The translations under genes were made by a program, and so were the position numbers. This document shows, piece after piece, positions 51,303 to 64,000 of a stretch of 64,000 nucleotides of DNA. Source of the DNA: Botryllus schlosseri. Taxonomy: Eukaryota. The DNA is taken from assembly GCA_051294905.1 (NCBI GenBank), contig CM119372.1, forward strand, positions 4,280,001 to 4,344,000, given 5' to 3'. The notes beneath the pieces are model-generated. The model searched no databases, had not been told where the DNA came from, and saw only the letters and a program-made list of their open reading frames with translations. The number at the start of each line of letters is the position of its first letter. Positions within the stretch are counted from its first letter, which is position 1.

Positions 51303-54300
51303 TTAATTGAAAACGGTTATCTGGGCTGCTGCAGGGCAATCATTTCTGCGGACAGGAATAATCACCCGCAATGGCGTTGCAATCGATATTGCTCTATACG
51401 AGCAAATGTGATTAACAAATGCATACCTAGCGGCAGTTCGCAGAGCGTTTGATGCAATGCATGGGTAGCGAAAGATCTTCACACTGCCAGACATGTCTCC
51501 AACCGCACAAACGCCGTTAGGTACCGGCACAGAGTGGAATTGTTTCTCCTCAAAGTATTGGGTCTCCTTATTTACTCGACTAGAATCTCCGTGGTCCCTT
51601 TGCGAAGTCTGCTTGATATTTGCGGTTGCGAAACAAGACATATCTTCAATCTCGCTGTAGTGATCCCATACACCTAAAATATACAAGAGGGCCAGTAAGT
51701 ATATGGAATCTTAATTCATTTTAGTAATTCTAAAGTCTATAAACCATGCAATCTATGGATGCCTGGTACCGCAAGGCAGCATTTGAGCAACGTTTGAGGT
51801 ATGTCACTTAGTACATAAACGGAATGAAATCTTCATATCATAGATTACCATAGCTACCGTCAACTTCTACTCATACCGATTCACATTTCTGAACTAAGAA
51901 CGTTGTAACATCATTCATATAAATATTTGTTTGCCTCACTTCACGACTAGGTGGTAACTATATACTATATATTAGTATGAGGCGATCAGATAAATCACGT
52001 AAGAGCGCATTCAGCAGATATCTACGACTTCCTTGTCGATCTTAAGAGACTTCGAAGTCCCAAAGATACCAGCATCAATTCACCTATGTAGTTTGGAGGT
52101 TGCTTTTTGTTCGGACTTATACCAATAAGAGATGGGGTTTACCTGGCGCTCGGACGCTAACACGCGCCACATGTTCGCTTAATATTAGGGTGATTTTTTT
52201 ACACGTCAAAATAAGTCAAACTTCTGTCACAATTGTAGTGTTGGGTTAAAATTTGTCAAAATTGTTTGAAAAGTCAAAATTTTTTGACCTCTGCATTTCG
52301 TTAGTATCGCAGATTTTGCACTTTCGGTGGACTTATCATTTGATATTTTACAGATTGTGGCCTACTTTATAGGCCTGTCGTTGTAGATGGCCCAGTGTCT
52401 GCTCATTGTGACTCATAAACGGTCAAATGAAACAAATACGTTGACATGGTGTGATGGTCAACGTACCGCGATATCCTAACTGAAGCAAGACTGCTTGGGC
52501 AATGCATGATTTTTATATCAAGAAGCCCACGATGAAAAATTGTGATGTAGACATCATTTTCAGAATGAATCAACCCGGCTTGTCACCAGCAGTGTACGCA
52601 CAACTCCAGTGTTGCAAGCCAACAACTGCTGCTGTTGAACGTTCTTTCTCCATTCTTGCCAAACTACTTAGTAAGGACAGACACTTTCTACCCGAGAATG
52701 TAGTAAAGTATCTTTCGTTTCCAAATTTTAATTATATCTACCATAGTACGTGACGTAACTACTGGGATTCTTTATAGGGCCAGATTTTGTTAAAATACTA
52801 GTGAATTACTGTAAAAATTTGTCAATTTTTAAGTCACAGACGTTTTTTCAGGCCAAACTACTTCGTAAGGACAGACAGTTCCAACCAGAAATGAAGATAA
52901 GTAGTTAAATTTTATTATTATGTGCGAAAACACCTAATTTGCGTACGTGAGGTCAGAATTTGGTCAAAATTAAGTTTTTTAAAAACAAAAAAAAGTCAAA
53001 ATTTTGATTTTTTAGGTCACAATCTTCCGTTTTTAGGTCAAAAAAATCGCCCTACCTATTAATATACGCGAGAAAGTGCGCTACTCAATTTGCAAAAATT
53101 GATAGAAGAGTTACAGACTGAACTTGATTCCGCGAATACCGGTAGAAATAACTCATCGAGGGCTGAGAATATATCCAGTTTTGTCGTGAATCTCACTGAG
53201 TGCATGGCTCAACACCTGCGATTTCTGTGGCATATGTAGCTATGAAATCGTACCTTTTACCGAAAATTCCAATGGACTAGAATCATTGTGCCAAGTCATG
53301 TTACGCAAGGTCGAGATATCGTCTACCCGTTCAGAGTTTTCTGTTGACCACACACGTAATTCCGGTTCTGTATCCCGAATGCAAAGAATGATATAATTTA
53401 ATTTTGGCATTTGATAATACCAGAATAGTTGTGCAGTACCGGGGGATAGCACACTGCAGCGGATGAGGTCAGAGCCGTGAACTCGCATTGCGGACCAATC
53501 GATTGACATGATACTGTCAACATTTACATCGCTTGCGTATCTGAAATGGACAGTTGAAGTTTCATAGAAATTCGCACGATGAAAATACACGAACTTGTCG
53601 GACAACACAACATTTCTCGTCATCAATATCCCTTAAAGTGTGATTTTCGACCTCCTATACCAGTGGTTCTCAATCCACGAAATCATTTAAGGTGGTACGC
53701 AGTAAATGCATTTCTTTTTAAGTAAAACTACAGCTTTCACAAATCGTTAACGTATTTTTCTAATGTAAGAAATGCCTTCATCGAATGAATAGATAAATAC
53801 GTCATGCATCATGCGACTCAGTTTCAGCATGCCTAAATCAGCTGGTGGAGAAGAAACAATTGCAACCATTGCATTACTTTTGCCATGTTGGTGTTTCAAT
53901 AATAATAATCAGAGGTGGATTAGCTCGTGGGTCGCATTTGTTTCGAAATTTCCTGGCTGACTTATTTGCTGCACCCATGTTAATAATCCTATATACATTT
54001 GGATTAGAGTTGAATTTTTTATTCATTTGTTGGTGAGAAAAGGTTGATAACCACTGTTCTACATCGTTAGATACACATATTTATTTCGAATAATACTTGT
54101 TTATCGTGTACCGCATTAGTATACTTCACCTGTCCAGTTCTTGTGTATTTTTATCCCTAATGACATTCACAATAACTTCATTGCCCATGCAGACAGCGAG
54201 CTTTTTTCCACTTTTCGAGAAGCGAACGACTTCGATTGGCTGGGTGCTGGAGCCTTCCTTTACGTGATCAGTTTCCGATACCATCTACAAAGACGTGTGG

Positions 54301-57300
54301 CATTTATTATTCGTTCATTTTCAATCAACAGCGAATAGTAATCACTTCGAAATTTTCGGCGCCGATTTCAATCAACAGACTGACACCGTTGCAACACCCG
54401 GCGGCAATTAATCCTTGCGTTGAAGAGCAATCCATACAGGCGACGTCGTCGGGATTCGGTAATTTATATCGTGCATGTACGCTGTGACATAGAAAGCAAT
54501 CTGATTCAAGATTGAATAACATATTCATGTTGAAATAACCTGGAGTATTCTCGGCTGGCACTCGCCAGTTGTAATGGTCAGCAACTAGGAAAGTTCTTTC
54601 CAATCTCCTGCCCCTGACGAGTGTCAGCCAAAATAATTAGACCCGACTTAACGCCTCATAATCGATTCAGAATCAAATCCCCGGGCACTCGATTTTTCCA
54701 AGCCCTGTATCTCACCGATGCGTTGCAGAATCATATCCTAAAATCCACCCGTCGCCGGTCAGGGTCCATACGCATGCCGCTCCGTCACTGTCGAACGATT
54801 GCTGCGTTTTGGAAGTTTTCAGCGATGCACCACTCGGGAAAGGTTGAACTTGAAACACGGATTTACAGACGTGATTTTCTTTCTCGAATGTTAAAGGCGG
54901 CGTGGCTCGGATCTTGGCAGATTTGGCTCTTTCCCTGTCAGATAATACAATTCAGGATGAGCGATACGAATCATTATTTCTAAATCTCTCCAAACCATTT
55001 TTTTATGCACCGAAAGTAGGAAGCGACAGCTCGAATCAAATCATGTCCGCTGAATATCGAATCGGATGATTGAAAACGAATTGATATGAGTATTCACATC
55101 GCACGTGGCTGGCATTATGTATAGCGGTTGGTTTTGATTGACAGACCCCAAATAATCATGAATAACTAACGAGAATCGATCGATATACGCTTGAAGCGAT
55201 GGTGAATGTAATATCAAGAAACATATTTTAAGTAACATGATGGGGGTTAAAGTCGTCATCATTGGTTGTCAAGTACAGATAGAAGTGACGTCATAAATCT
55301 CTGATCGAGTACAAGTCGGAGCAACGATTTCAAAGTAATTAGTTGAAGTAAGTTGGAATTGAGTCACATTTATTTTGCATCGTTTTTGAAGACAACTCGA
55401 CAATTTCATTGGGTTAACAGAGAGTTTGAAAAAAAAAAGAATTTAAAGATTTTTCCTAATAAATTAAAAATTCTAATTGGCTCTGCGGCGGCTTATACTT
55501 GTTAGAATTGAACCAAATTTGGTGTGCAGCGTTTTTCTAGGGTATCCTGATATTTTAATCAGTGAATGGCTGGAATCCGGAAAAAAGTTATTTTTGAACA
55601 GCCCTAATATACATTTGAGATTTCCAAGTTTCCGCGGATTCGGTAATTCTAATTTTAATATAATTGGGAAAAATATGCAGCTATAATTCTAACTCCAGTC
55701 TAATTTAGAATAAAACTTCGTAGCTATAATGCTAGTTCTAATATAGTTTTATAGTAATATAGTTTTCCAACCATGTACGGTACCTTTTCAAAACGCGGTC
55801 GCTGGTTCGAAGTTTCGGGCTCGCGAATGCGCTGGTAATCGACGGAGGGGCGTTGTTAGTTTGAGTTCTGCCGTTTACGCTTGACCTGGGTTTGTTTGTA
55901 TTGCTTGTGCGCGGACGGGCGGAGAATGCGGGCCGACGGAGTGAAGGGGATGCTTGCTGTCTCCTCGTTCTTAAAGCATACCAATAAATACAGGTCCATA
56001 CAACGTAACTCATCAATGATTATGTATTCATTATGGCGTTTTGTGACTTTAATGTTAGAGTATGTAGTAAATCAACAAATCTGGTATTCATCGGAAATTA
56101 TCTCAATAACCAATGGATCCTTCTCGCAGGCGTCAAAGCGAAACCCTTCGGAACTGTTTGGATTTTATAGGTAGACTACTACGCATTTGGTCTATCTATA
56201 ATAGCGCATTTGCATGTTGAACAGTTCACGATGCTCTCGTAGGCTTAGTCAGGGTCGAAATTTGGAGATGAGATGTTTGTTCTCTAACAACCACGTGAAG
56301 TTAGGTGTATGCTGTGATAAATCAAACGTAGGTGACATAATACCAGTGTTGGGATCAAGTCACTACCTTCGAGTCACGAGTCATTTCGAGTCATTGCACA
56401 TTTTGACTCGAGTCAAGTCAAGTCAATCGATTTTCGAAGGTGACTCGAGTCAAGTCAAGTCACTCGATTTTTGGAGGTGACTCGAGTCAAGTCGAGTCAA
56501 GTCAAGTCAAGTCAAGTCACGAGTCAAGTCACTATTCAAGTCAAGTTGTCTTTTCGAAGTATCAGGCATGCTTACGTCATTGCATTTTGCTAGTTGTCTG
56601 AAATACAGATTGAGTGGTCATTGATTCTGGACCTATGAACGAATATAAAGTTAAATATAAACGCAAGAAGGCGCTTTATCGCTCATATATACGTAGAAAT
56701 GCTAAAATATAAGTAAGTTATTGCATAGCCTCGGATTATAGTTACCAGCCAAAATAGAGAATAGAGAAACGAATCGATAAGATGCAATACATTACCCATT
56801 TACAAATTGAAATGATACAATTCCAGCCTGCATTGATGGTTGAGGACTATATAAACTATATTGGAATTCAATTTCAATAAATCAATGTTTGATTAAGTAA
56901 AGAACAGAGAACAGAATAGACATTTTGCTATTAAATTACTTTACTGTACTAGTTTACGACCGCGTAAGATGTAAGCTTCGATCACCTCGTTTCGTTTGCG
57001 ATCAATTTATATTGTGAGAGAACAATGGAGGCTCAGTTAAACGCACGATCACGATCATTGAATGATTGGTCGCTCTCACGGGTTACACCAGCGTTTCGAG
57101 TACAATCCGAACATATACAAGATAAAATGATTTTTATCGACATCGATTGCTTGATGACTCGAAATTGACTCGTGAATTTTGCTCCGAGTCACGAGTCAAT
57201 CCACATTTCTGATACGCCGAGTCAAGTCAAGTCAAGTCATTTTAGCAAAGTGACTCAAGTCAAGTCAAGTCATACCAAAAAGTAGACTCGAGTCTGACTC

Positions 57301-60300
57301 GAGTCAAGTCATGACTCGAGTCATCCCAACACTGCATAATACTGCCTAACCTCAATTTTGAAGGGGTTATAAAGGTGCCTTTCGTCGCCTACGTCACTCT
57401 TTCTGGGTGAACCTTAACCCCTCGTCATGGTATCATTCTATGTGAAGTCCGAAAAACCTCATTGACCTCCAGCTATACAGATGCGTCTGATGTCCTCAGG
57501 AAAACGCTCTGTGGCGCCATGAGTGACCGCGAACTACCGTCAACAACGACGGTTTCTTGACCTGTTTTTACTCGCGCGAACCCCTAATTTATTTTGGCGT
57601 GGTTGCGTGAACCCCGTAACCGCAACTTCGGGAAGCTGATGACAAAAATAGCCATCACTTCCTCCGCGACACGGCATCATATTGCCATCTGGCATAGTTG
57701 TTAAAAGGTAACCGATGACTCTAAAAAAAGATCATCGGTTTCGTTTTGGACCTGTTGTGAGGATGTAAATCTACAAGGGAAATGCAATGTAGTTTTATAG
57801 TTGCAGCTTCAGCATTGGCCTTTCGAGAGCCACAGGTTAAGGACCCCTGACTTATACGATAGTTTTTAAAACCAATACCCACCTAGCGCTCTTTGACAAT
57901 TTCCTTCTGCTGCTTGCAGATGATAGCCGCGAAGACGAAAGTTCTGTTGAGTAGGGAGAGAGTGAAACAAACTATATGAAACCCGGACTTGCTCAGAATC
58001 GTCACCATTGCCACTCACGTAGAAGCATAAGTAAGGCCGTATATAGTATATCAGCTATCGCATCACCAAATATCACATACAATGTTCTTTCCAACTCTCG
58101 ACTACTTGCTTACGATTACCCCTGACGAGTGTCAAACGAAAATTTGCGGGTTTATTTCAATATGAATATGCTATTCAATTGTATATTGAAGTTCTGTATA
58201 CCCCAAGAAGTGATTCTAACTAACCAGTCAGTCGCGGAACCCACCCGGCCTTCTCTTGATGCGACCAGTCGCGCAAACGCATTTTACTTTTTGCCGGTCG
58301 CCTCTCGCCACCTCGTACATTTCCCATTGCGTGAACACACTCCTTCCCTTTGCGACACCATCTAAACCTTGATCTTTATCACGTTTTGGCGACTGCGGTT
58401 CCTCCACGGGCCTCATAATTTGCGGTACGTAGGCAGGGTGGTTCAAACCGACGGTTGCGATCATGTGAAGGGTGGTGGTCGCGAATAGGTTTGCGCCTAC
58501 TTGACAGAGGGATGATATTTTGCCCGCGTTGTTCGGAAGAGTTACCTTGCCCGCACGGTCCATTTCTTCCTTGCCCCAAGCAAGGGCACATACCGATCTG
58601 TCCGTGACGCCGCTTGAGAAGACGTGCGCTGGAAAATGAAATATTTTCGGATCGGAAATGTCAAAGTTTACACAGTACCAAAAATTTATTTACCAGATAT
58701 TCGCTACTATAGGTCGCCACAAAGATCAGTACGCCAGCCATCGCCACTAATACCGCAATTTCTATAGTAAGGGTCAAATTTAGGGCACAATGTTAGGGTG
58801 ATATGATCATAATTACACATGTTTGTGGGTTTGTGGGGTAACTCCAGTTTTCCTGTGAAATAAAAATCACATCGCCATCGCAAATCCATAAATTACACTA
58901 CTATCCATGTCGGTATACAGACAATCAGCTATAGCTGGCTTTCAGAACTTCTCTCTGCCACGGATCTATCCTGTTCAGGTTTTAGACAAACTCTAAGAAT
59001 CGGAATCGTCTTTAGTACAAATTTCTCCGATTCAAAGTAACCCAAGAATTGCGATACACTGAAAAGAATGGAACTAAATTGAATACTATATTCATATTGC
59101 CATAAATCTGTCGGCTGACATTCGTCTCTACTATAGCAAGGGTTGCATTTACAACAAAAATCAATTTAAAACAAACATGTTTAATACAAGGCACTAATTT
59201 AAAACATGTTTTTTATTGTGATTTTTTAATCCATGACGTCATGAATATTGAATTGTGACGTCATATTGGATTGACATTGACAATTGAGAACATATGCTAA
59301 ATATAGCTCCTTTGACGAAATATCTGTACTAATAATGTTGAACCGACTATTTTGAGGGTTTCAACCAGCCAATATCGATATACGTCGGCTATATCGGGTG
59401 GCAATTGTCTGTAGGCTCATACGACATGTTTTTGGAAAGTATTTACACAATGATGGCATCATTTTACAACTTGAAAACAAAAATTTCTAGAGGACCTATA
59501 ATAATAACCAATAACCTTTGGCCGCCACGACGCAGCTTATCGGACACTCGTGAGCGTGATTTGCGGCCGCGACAGCCTCCCTTTGCGCTTCCGACCATAC
59601 CATCACAGTGCCGTTCGTGTCGCCGGTTACGTAATAATTGACTCCGTGTCGATGAATGGAGACGCAGCAAGTGACGTGCCGAGGACGAAACTGCTTCAAG
59701 AAATCGCCCCTGTCGCGAAAGAAGTTACGTGAAATTTTCAGCTTTTCCAAAATATATTATAATCACAAGTATAGCTGCACATTATTATTTACCGACATAG
59801 ACCAGGATTAGAATGGCTGAAGTCAAAAAACTTGGAAAGAAATAGAACAAAATCAAGTTCATAGTTCATACCAATTCAGAGTTCATTCTGATAAGCACGA
59901 GAATGGAAAGGTATGTACTTGAGCACCAAGCTTGACTCGTTTCGCACTATACAGTTCTCCTGTAGGATTTTCAGGAAAACCAGAAATTGGGTGAGAATTA
60001 AAGTAAGAGCATAGAAACATTTCACAAATTAGATTAGAGTTAGACTACTGGAATTTCGCTCCAATTAATTAGGTATGAATGACTTTAGGGGAAGATAATT
60101 CAGTGATGTGATTACCTCACCGGGCCGGTTACTGTAACAAGGTCCTCGTTTTTCGACGATTGTTCCATTTCCGTAATTCTCCAAAAACCAAGACTCTCTC
60201 TCCCTGCGATCGCGAATTCCGCGGACTCGGACAGTGTAGCGGCGATGGCACGGGGACAGTTGTCTGAAAATAATTCAGATTCCAACTGAAAAAGCATGAA

Positions 60301-62899
60301 AAAGTAGTCTATACTTCATCATAATTCTAAATAGGCGGCCGGTAAGGAAGTACTCAATTCGATGTACTCAAGAAGGTTTTTCCTACTTGCACTATACTTA
60401 GTTTAGTTGGTTATGTTTGTAGACCACTTACACTACAACTTTAACAGTCTTTGGGCCCAACTACATTTCACGCCTTTGAATTTGCAAAGTGGAATGAAGT
60501 TTGGAGACAGGTTAGTAGGTATGGTGTGAACGTGAGGTTCACGTTCGCGTTTTTTGTGTGAACGTCAGAAATTTAGAGGTTCACGTTCACAAACGAACCT
60601 TGGTAGGTTCTGCACTGTGAACCGTTTTTCATATATTACAGTTGGACACGTCGTTATAACATATTTGGTTTGAATTCTTTGCATTTCAACTACGGACCAC
60701 TCTGCGCATGGCGCTAGCAGCATAAAAAATCAGCACTAAACCAGCATGCCCTTGCCAATCTCAAAATATTCACTTGTCTTGATACAAAAGTTTGTCCGAA
60801 ATATCCAGCTTCCCGTGTGTGAATATTTAGTGACTCTCTGCCGTGAGCTTGACCCGCAATCACACAATATCAAGAGAGAAATAAGCTACATGTGGGTATA
60901 GTCGGCGAATGACGCTTATTCAACTAATTCAGCCAACTCGTCGAAATTGTTGACGAAGCGACGGAAGGTATTGATTTTATGGGGTTATTACTAGGGATGG
61001 TGTGAACGCGAGGTTCACGTTCGTGTTCTGTGTGTGAACCTCGGAAATTTAGAGGTTCGCGTTCACAACAGAACCTTGGTAGGTTCTGCACTGTGAACCT
61101 TTTTCATATATCACAATTTTCACTTCATTATAACATCTTTGGTTCATATTAATTGCATTTCAACTGCGGGCCACTCTATGCATGGCGCTGGCAGCATTAA
61201 AAATCAACACTATAAACGAGCAGGCACCTTGACAATCTCAAAAGTTTTAGGCTACTTGCTTTGTAACAAATGTTTGCTCGAAATATTCAGCTTTCCGTTT
61301 GTGAATATTTAGTGTCTCTATGCTGTGAGTTTGACCTGCAATAACACAACATCACGAGCGAAATACGTAGTCAGCGAATGATGCTTATTTAACCAATCAA
61401 TGAGATTGATATCGTTTTCTGATGCAAAAAAGCTAGCAGGAGTACGGGGCAATCTGGACCTCATATCTTTACTACGTCACGAAAACCAAATCCTTGTGAT
61501 TGAGGTGTTGGCTACTGCTGTAAAACTTGTTAATGGGGTAATATCGGTAGCAAGTATAGAAACCAGTTTTACACTCTGCTCAATATCAATGTAGCGATAC
61601 TCAGACACCGAATACATTGTCCGGTCTAGCCTAGACCGTTAAGGCGTAAGCTTATATTCGCTGGTAAGTCCTCGTCGAAATTGTTGGCAAAGCGACGGAA
61701 GATATTGATTTTATAGGAGTATTATATCCTTTGATTGCCTCAGTTGATACATTTAGTGACGTTGAAAACGCCAACATGTACTTCTGCATTGTGACATGAT
61801 GTGGCCCGAGTCGTCGCTATAGGTATCGTGTACATTAATATAGGCTATCACTTCATTGACAGATAAGGTACGAATTAGCAATATGACGTCACGTGACGTC
61901 ATGAGGTTCACGTTCGTGTTCACACAGAACCTTTCAAAAAGGTTCGCGTTCACACGAACCTGAACCTTTCAGAGGTTCACACCATCCCTAGTTATTACTT
62001 ATTATATCATTTGATTGCTCTAGTTGATACATTTGGTGACGTTTAAAAAGTCAGCATGAACTTCAGCATTGTGGCATAATGTGGACCGAGTCGTCTCTAG
62101 GTATCGTGTAAAATGTACATTAATATATCGCTTCGCTGAAATGTAGGGTTGGAATTAGCAATATCACGTCACTAGACGTCATAGGTTCACGTTCGCGTGC
62201 ACGCAGAACCTTCCAAAAAGGTTCGCTTTACACGAACCTGAAATTTTCAGAGGCTCACGCCATCCTCACAAGTTAGCATCACTTTTATGAGTGAAATTGA
62301 CGTAAAACCCCTCGACCAAGACCTCACCCACTTGAAGTAGGTTTGCCATATCTCGGGCATCGATACTTCTACTTGTAATTGAGTAGAACTTTATGGTGCT
62401 ATTTCTACTTGAGTGGCAACGCAACCTATACTTTGACCACATCTGAGATGAACACGCATAGGGGTGAAATATCCATGCTGTATCAACCCTATAGTCCAAC
62501 ACAGAAACATAATCCATTATAAGTTATTGTATAATTGGGAATTGGTAACAGAACATTTGTTTGTAGGTTGGTTAACACGTTGTGTGAACATAATTATCAT
62601 TGTAAAGCACGATCGAACAACAAGATCTACACGTGTGAAAATAACTCGCTTCGATTCAATATAGGCGTTACGTTATATTCTGGAGATGCTCCAATTGAAT
62701 TAGGCTAGACAATATAGAACGGGCCACGCTACGAATCGAGTTACAAACAACGGATCGGTTACATACCGGCGCTTTTATTCTTGTTTTTGTTTGAATCTTC
62801 ATCGGTGTTTGGTACGAGGCGAAGGCTCTGAATTTTGCAACCAGCATCCCACAAAGCTAACGACGATTCTACGTCATCCTCGATCGTGAGCAAGTAATT
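51303..62899 (-). CDS. Divergent EMAP/EML-like (echinoderm microtubule-associated protein-like) WD40 protein, 5' end unresolved. Approximate exons: 62767-62899, 60116-60285, 59516-59742, 58245-58628, 57883-57943, 55784-55969, 54716-54934, 54346-54481, 54130-54284, 53440-53540, 53254-53367, 51427-51673, 51303-51345
   Basis: EML-type motifs occur in the expected order: LLTIEDDVESSLALWD; IAGRESLGFW; RPRHVTC...VTGDTNGTVMVWS...AHECPI; SSGVTDR; WILGYDSATHR; IAAGCCNG; IEVVRFSKSGKKLAV; IMSIDWS; TWHNDSSPLEFSVKG/VW; VGDMSGSVKIFRYPC. Phases are consistent from 59516 downwards; the upstream junctions could not be reconciled. Confidence 0.78.
52186..53054 (+). mobile_element. hAT deletion derivative in an EML intron
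   Basis: TIR TAGGG(T/C)GATTTTTT; ORF 52502-52753 contains PTTAAVERSFSILAKLL. Confidence 0.8.
56344..57334. mobile_element. hAT MITE with (AGTCA)n subterminal repeats
   Basis: TIR CAGTGTTGGGAT; TSD CATAATAC. Confidence 0.9.
60516..62268. mobile_element. Older TAGGGATGG-family MITE containing a younger copy of the same family (60992-61990)
   Basis: Outer TSD CAGGTTAG/CAAGTTAG; inner perfect TSD GTTATTAC. Confidence 0.88.
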
Positions 62900-64000
62900 C
62901 TGAAATTGCAGTCATGGTCATTGTTGCGGTATTGCGCAGCTAAATTTTGCAGCTTTTCTAAATTATAATAAGAATTAGAATTATAACTACAATATTTTCC
63001 AAAATAGATTAGAATTAGAATTACTGCATTCACGAAAACTTGGTAATTGAAGCAAGTTCAATTCATCCTCATAAGCATGAGAATAGCAAATGTCTGTACA
63101 CCAGGCTTGTATTATTTCGCACTATACAGTTCTTCTGTAGCATTTTCAGGAAAACCAGAAATTAGATTAGAATTAGAATTAAAGCATATAAATATTGTAC
63201 AAATTAATCTAGAATCAGATTACCAGCATTTCACGCTAATTAGTTTAATTAGACAACTAGGATCATCCATATAGATGTCCAAGTCTGCACAGTTGAACAA
63301 CGCTGATCGACGGCGTAAGAACTCGGTACAGTTTATTTGCGGAAGGTCCATTTAAATTGTGATGATTTATTCATTATTATGCATACTATTCCCTGGTGAA
63401 TATCCTTTACAACTGTTGATGTAGCATGTATCACGTAATGCACGCATCGTGTAACACCAAAAACAAAAGAGGGCTTACATTAATAATTCTTTACCGGGGG
63501 GCCACAGGGGCATTTCGAAGCGGACCATCGGGCTATTGATAAAACATTATAGCCCGTGCAAAGCGATTTTAACTCGTCATATTATACCGTGAAATATGTC
63601 TTCATTCTTCATTTTGCCAAATTTATCCTACTCAAACTTTGCGGTCGACTGTCACTATAGCTGCAAATCACGTTAGAAAAGATGGGGAGGCTAATTCGAA
63701 ATTAAGTAGAGACGTGAAAGATGAGCATTTTTTCAGTCAACACGGTATTATTGGTCATAAAAACTTCAAAATCACACGTTTTCTTTTCCGGTAGCAGAGC
63801 TTTCAGAATTTTTTAGAAGTGTCCGCTTTTTTGATTCTCAAAAATATTATAACCCTACGTAACGATAACAATAAAAGAGACCTGCTTATGGCATATGTGT
63901 ATCATAGAGTTGGTGAATAATAAACTACTCGTACTCTATAGGAGTATACTCAAGTGTATTTGGCCTATTGCACTACACTTCTACTTGTCTGGTTTTGGAG

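Larger units (their letters stand above)
33884..53177 (+). repeat. Segmental duplication unit 2
   Basis: Colinear with 15875-29297 and longer because of independent TE insertions. Confidence 0.85.

Noticed and set aside
56344..56560. (AGTCA)n satellite as an independent feature
   Set aside because: These are subterminal repeats of the 56344-57334 MITE.
58120..58160. CTGACGAGTGTCAAACGAAA as an active hammerhead
   Set aside because: The core boxes are present, but no stem I complement is visible and related copies lack GAAA.
63300..63830. Further upstream EML exons
   Set aside because: Candidate splice sites exist but no convincing phase-consistent translation was found.

Overview
Eukaryotic, AT-rich, intron-containing DNA dense in non-autonomous DNA transposons. 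The ~60-70 nt minimal introns and repeat style suggest an invertebrate chordate such as an ascidian, but this is inference only. The window holds a tandem segmental duplication (~15.9-29.3 kb and ~33.9-53.2 kb). Each unit carries a + strand class A (rhodopsin-like) GPCR gene and, convergently, the 3' end of an EMAP/EML-like WD40 gene. Copy 1 of the GPCR splices by hand into 11 phase-compatible exons (~923 aa). Its ~430 aa ectodomain has a probable signal peptide, RVKR and GKR sites, and two tandem-duplicated exons each encoding RR-L(F/L)FLSG. Copy 2 (~632 aa) keeps the 7TM but has lost those exons and part of the C-tail. The long EML-like gene (- strand, ~51.3-62.9 kb, 5' end unresolved) is divergent and has a ~150 aa basic insertion; a decayed copy of its 3' exons follows GPCR copy 1. 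The rest consists of nested hAT MITEs, a Chapaev3 remnant, a Mutator-like foldback, Penelope-like fragments and a decayed 28S rRNA fragment. All alignments and splice models were made by eye; no database searches were run.
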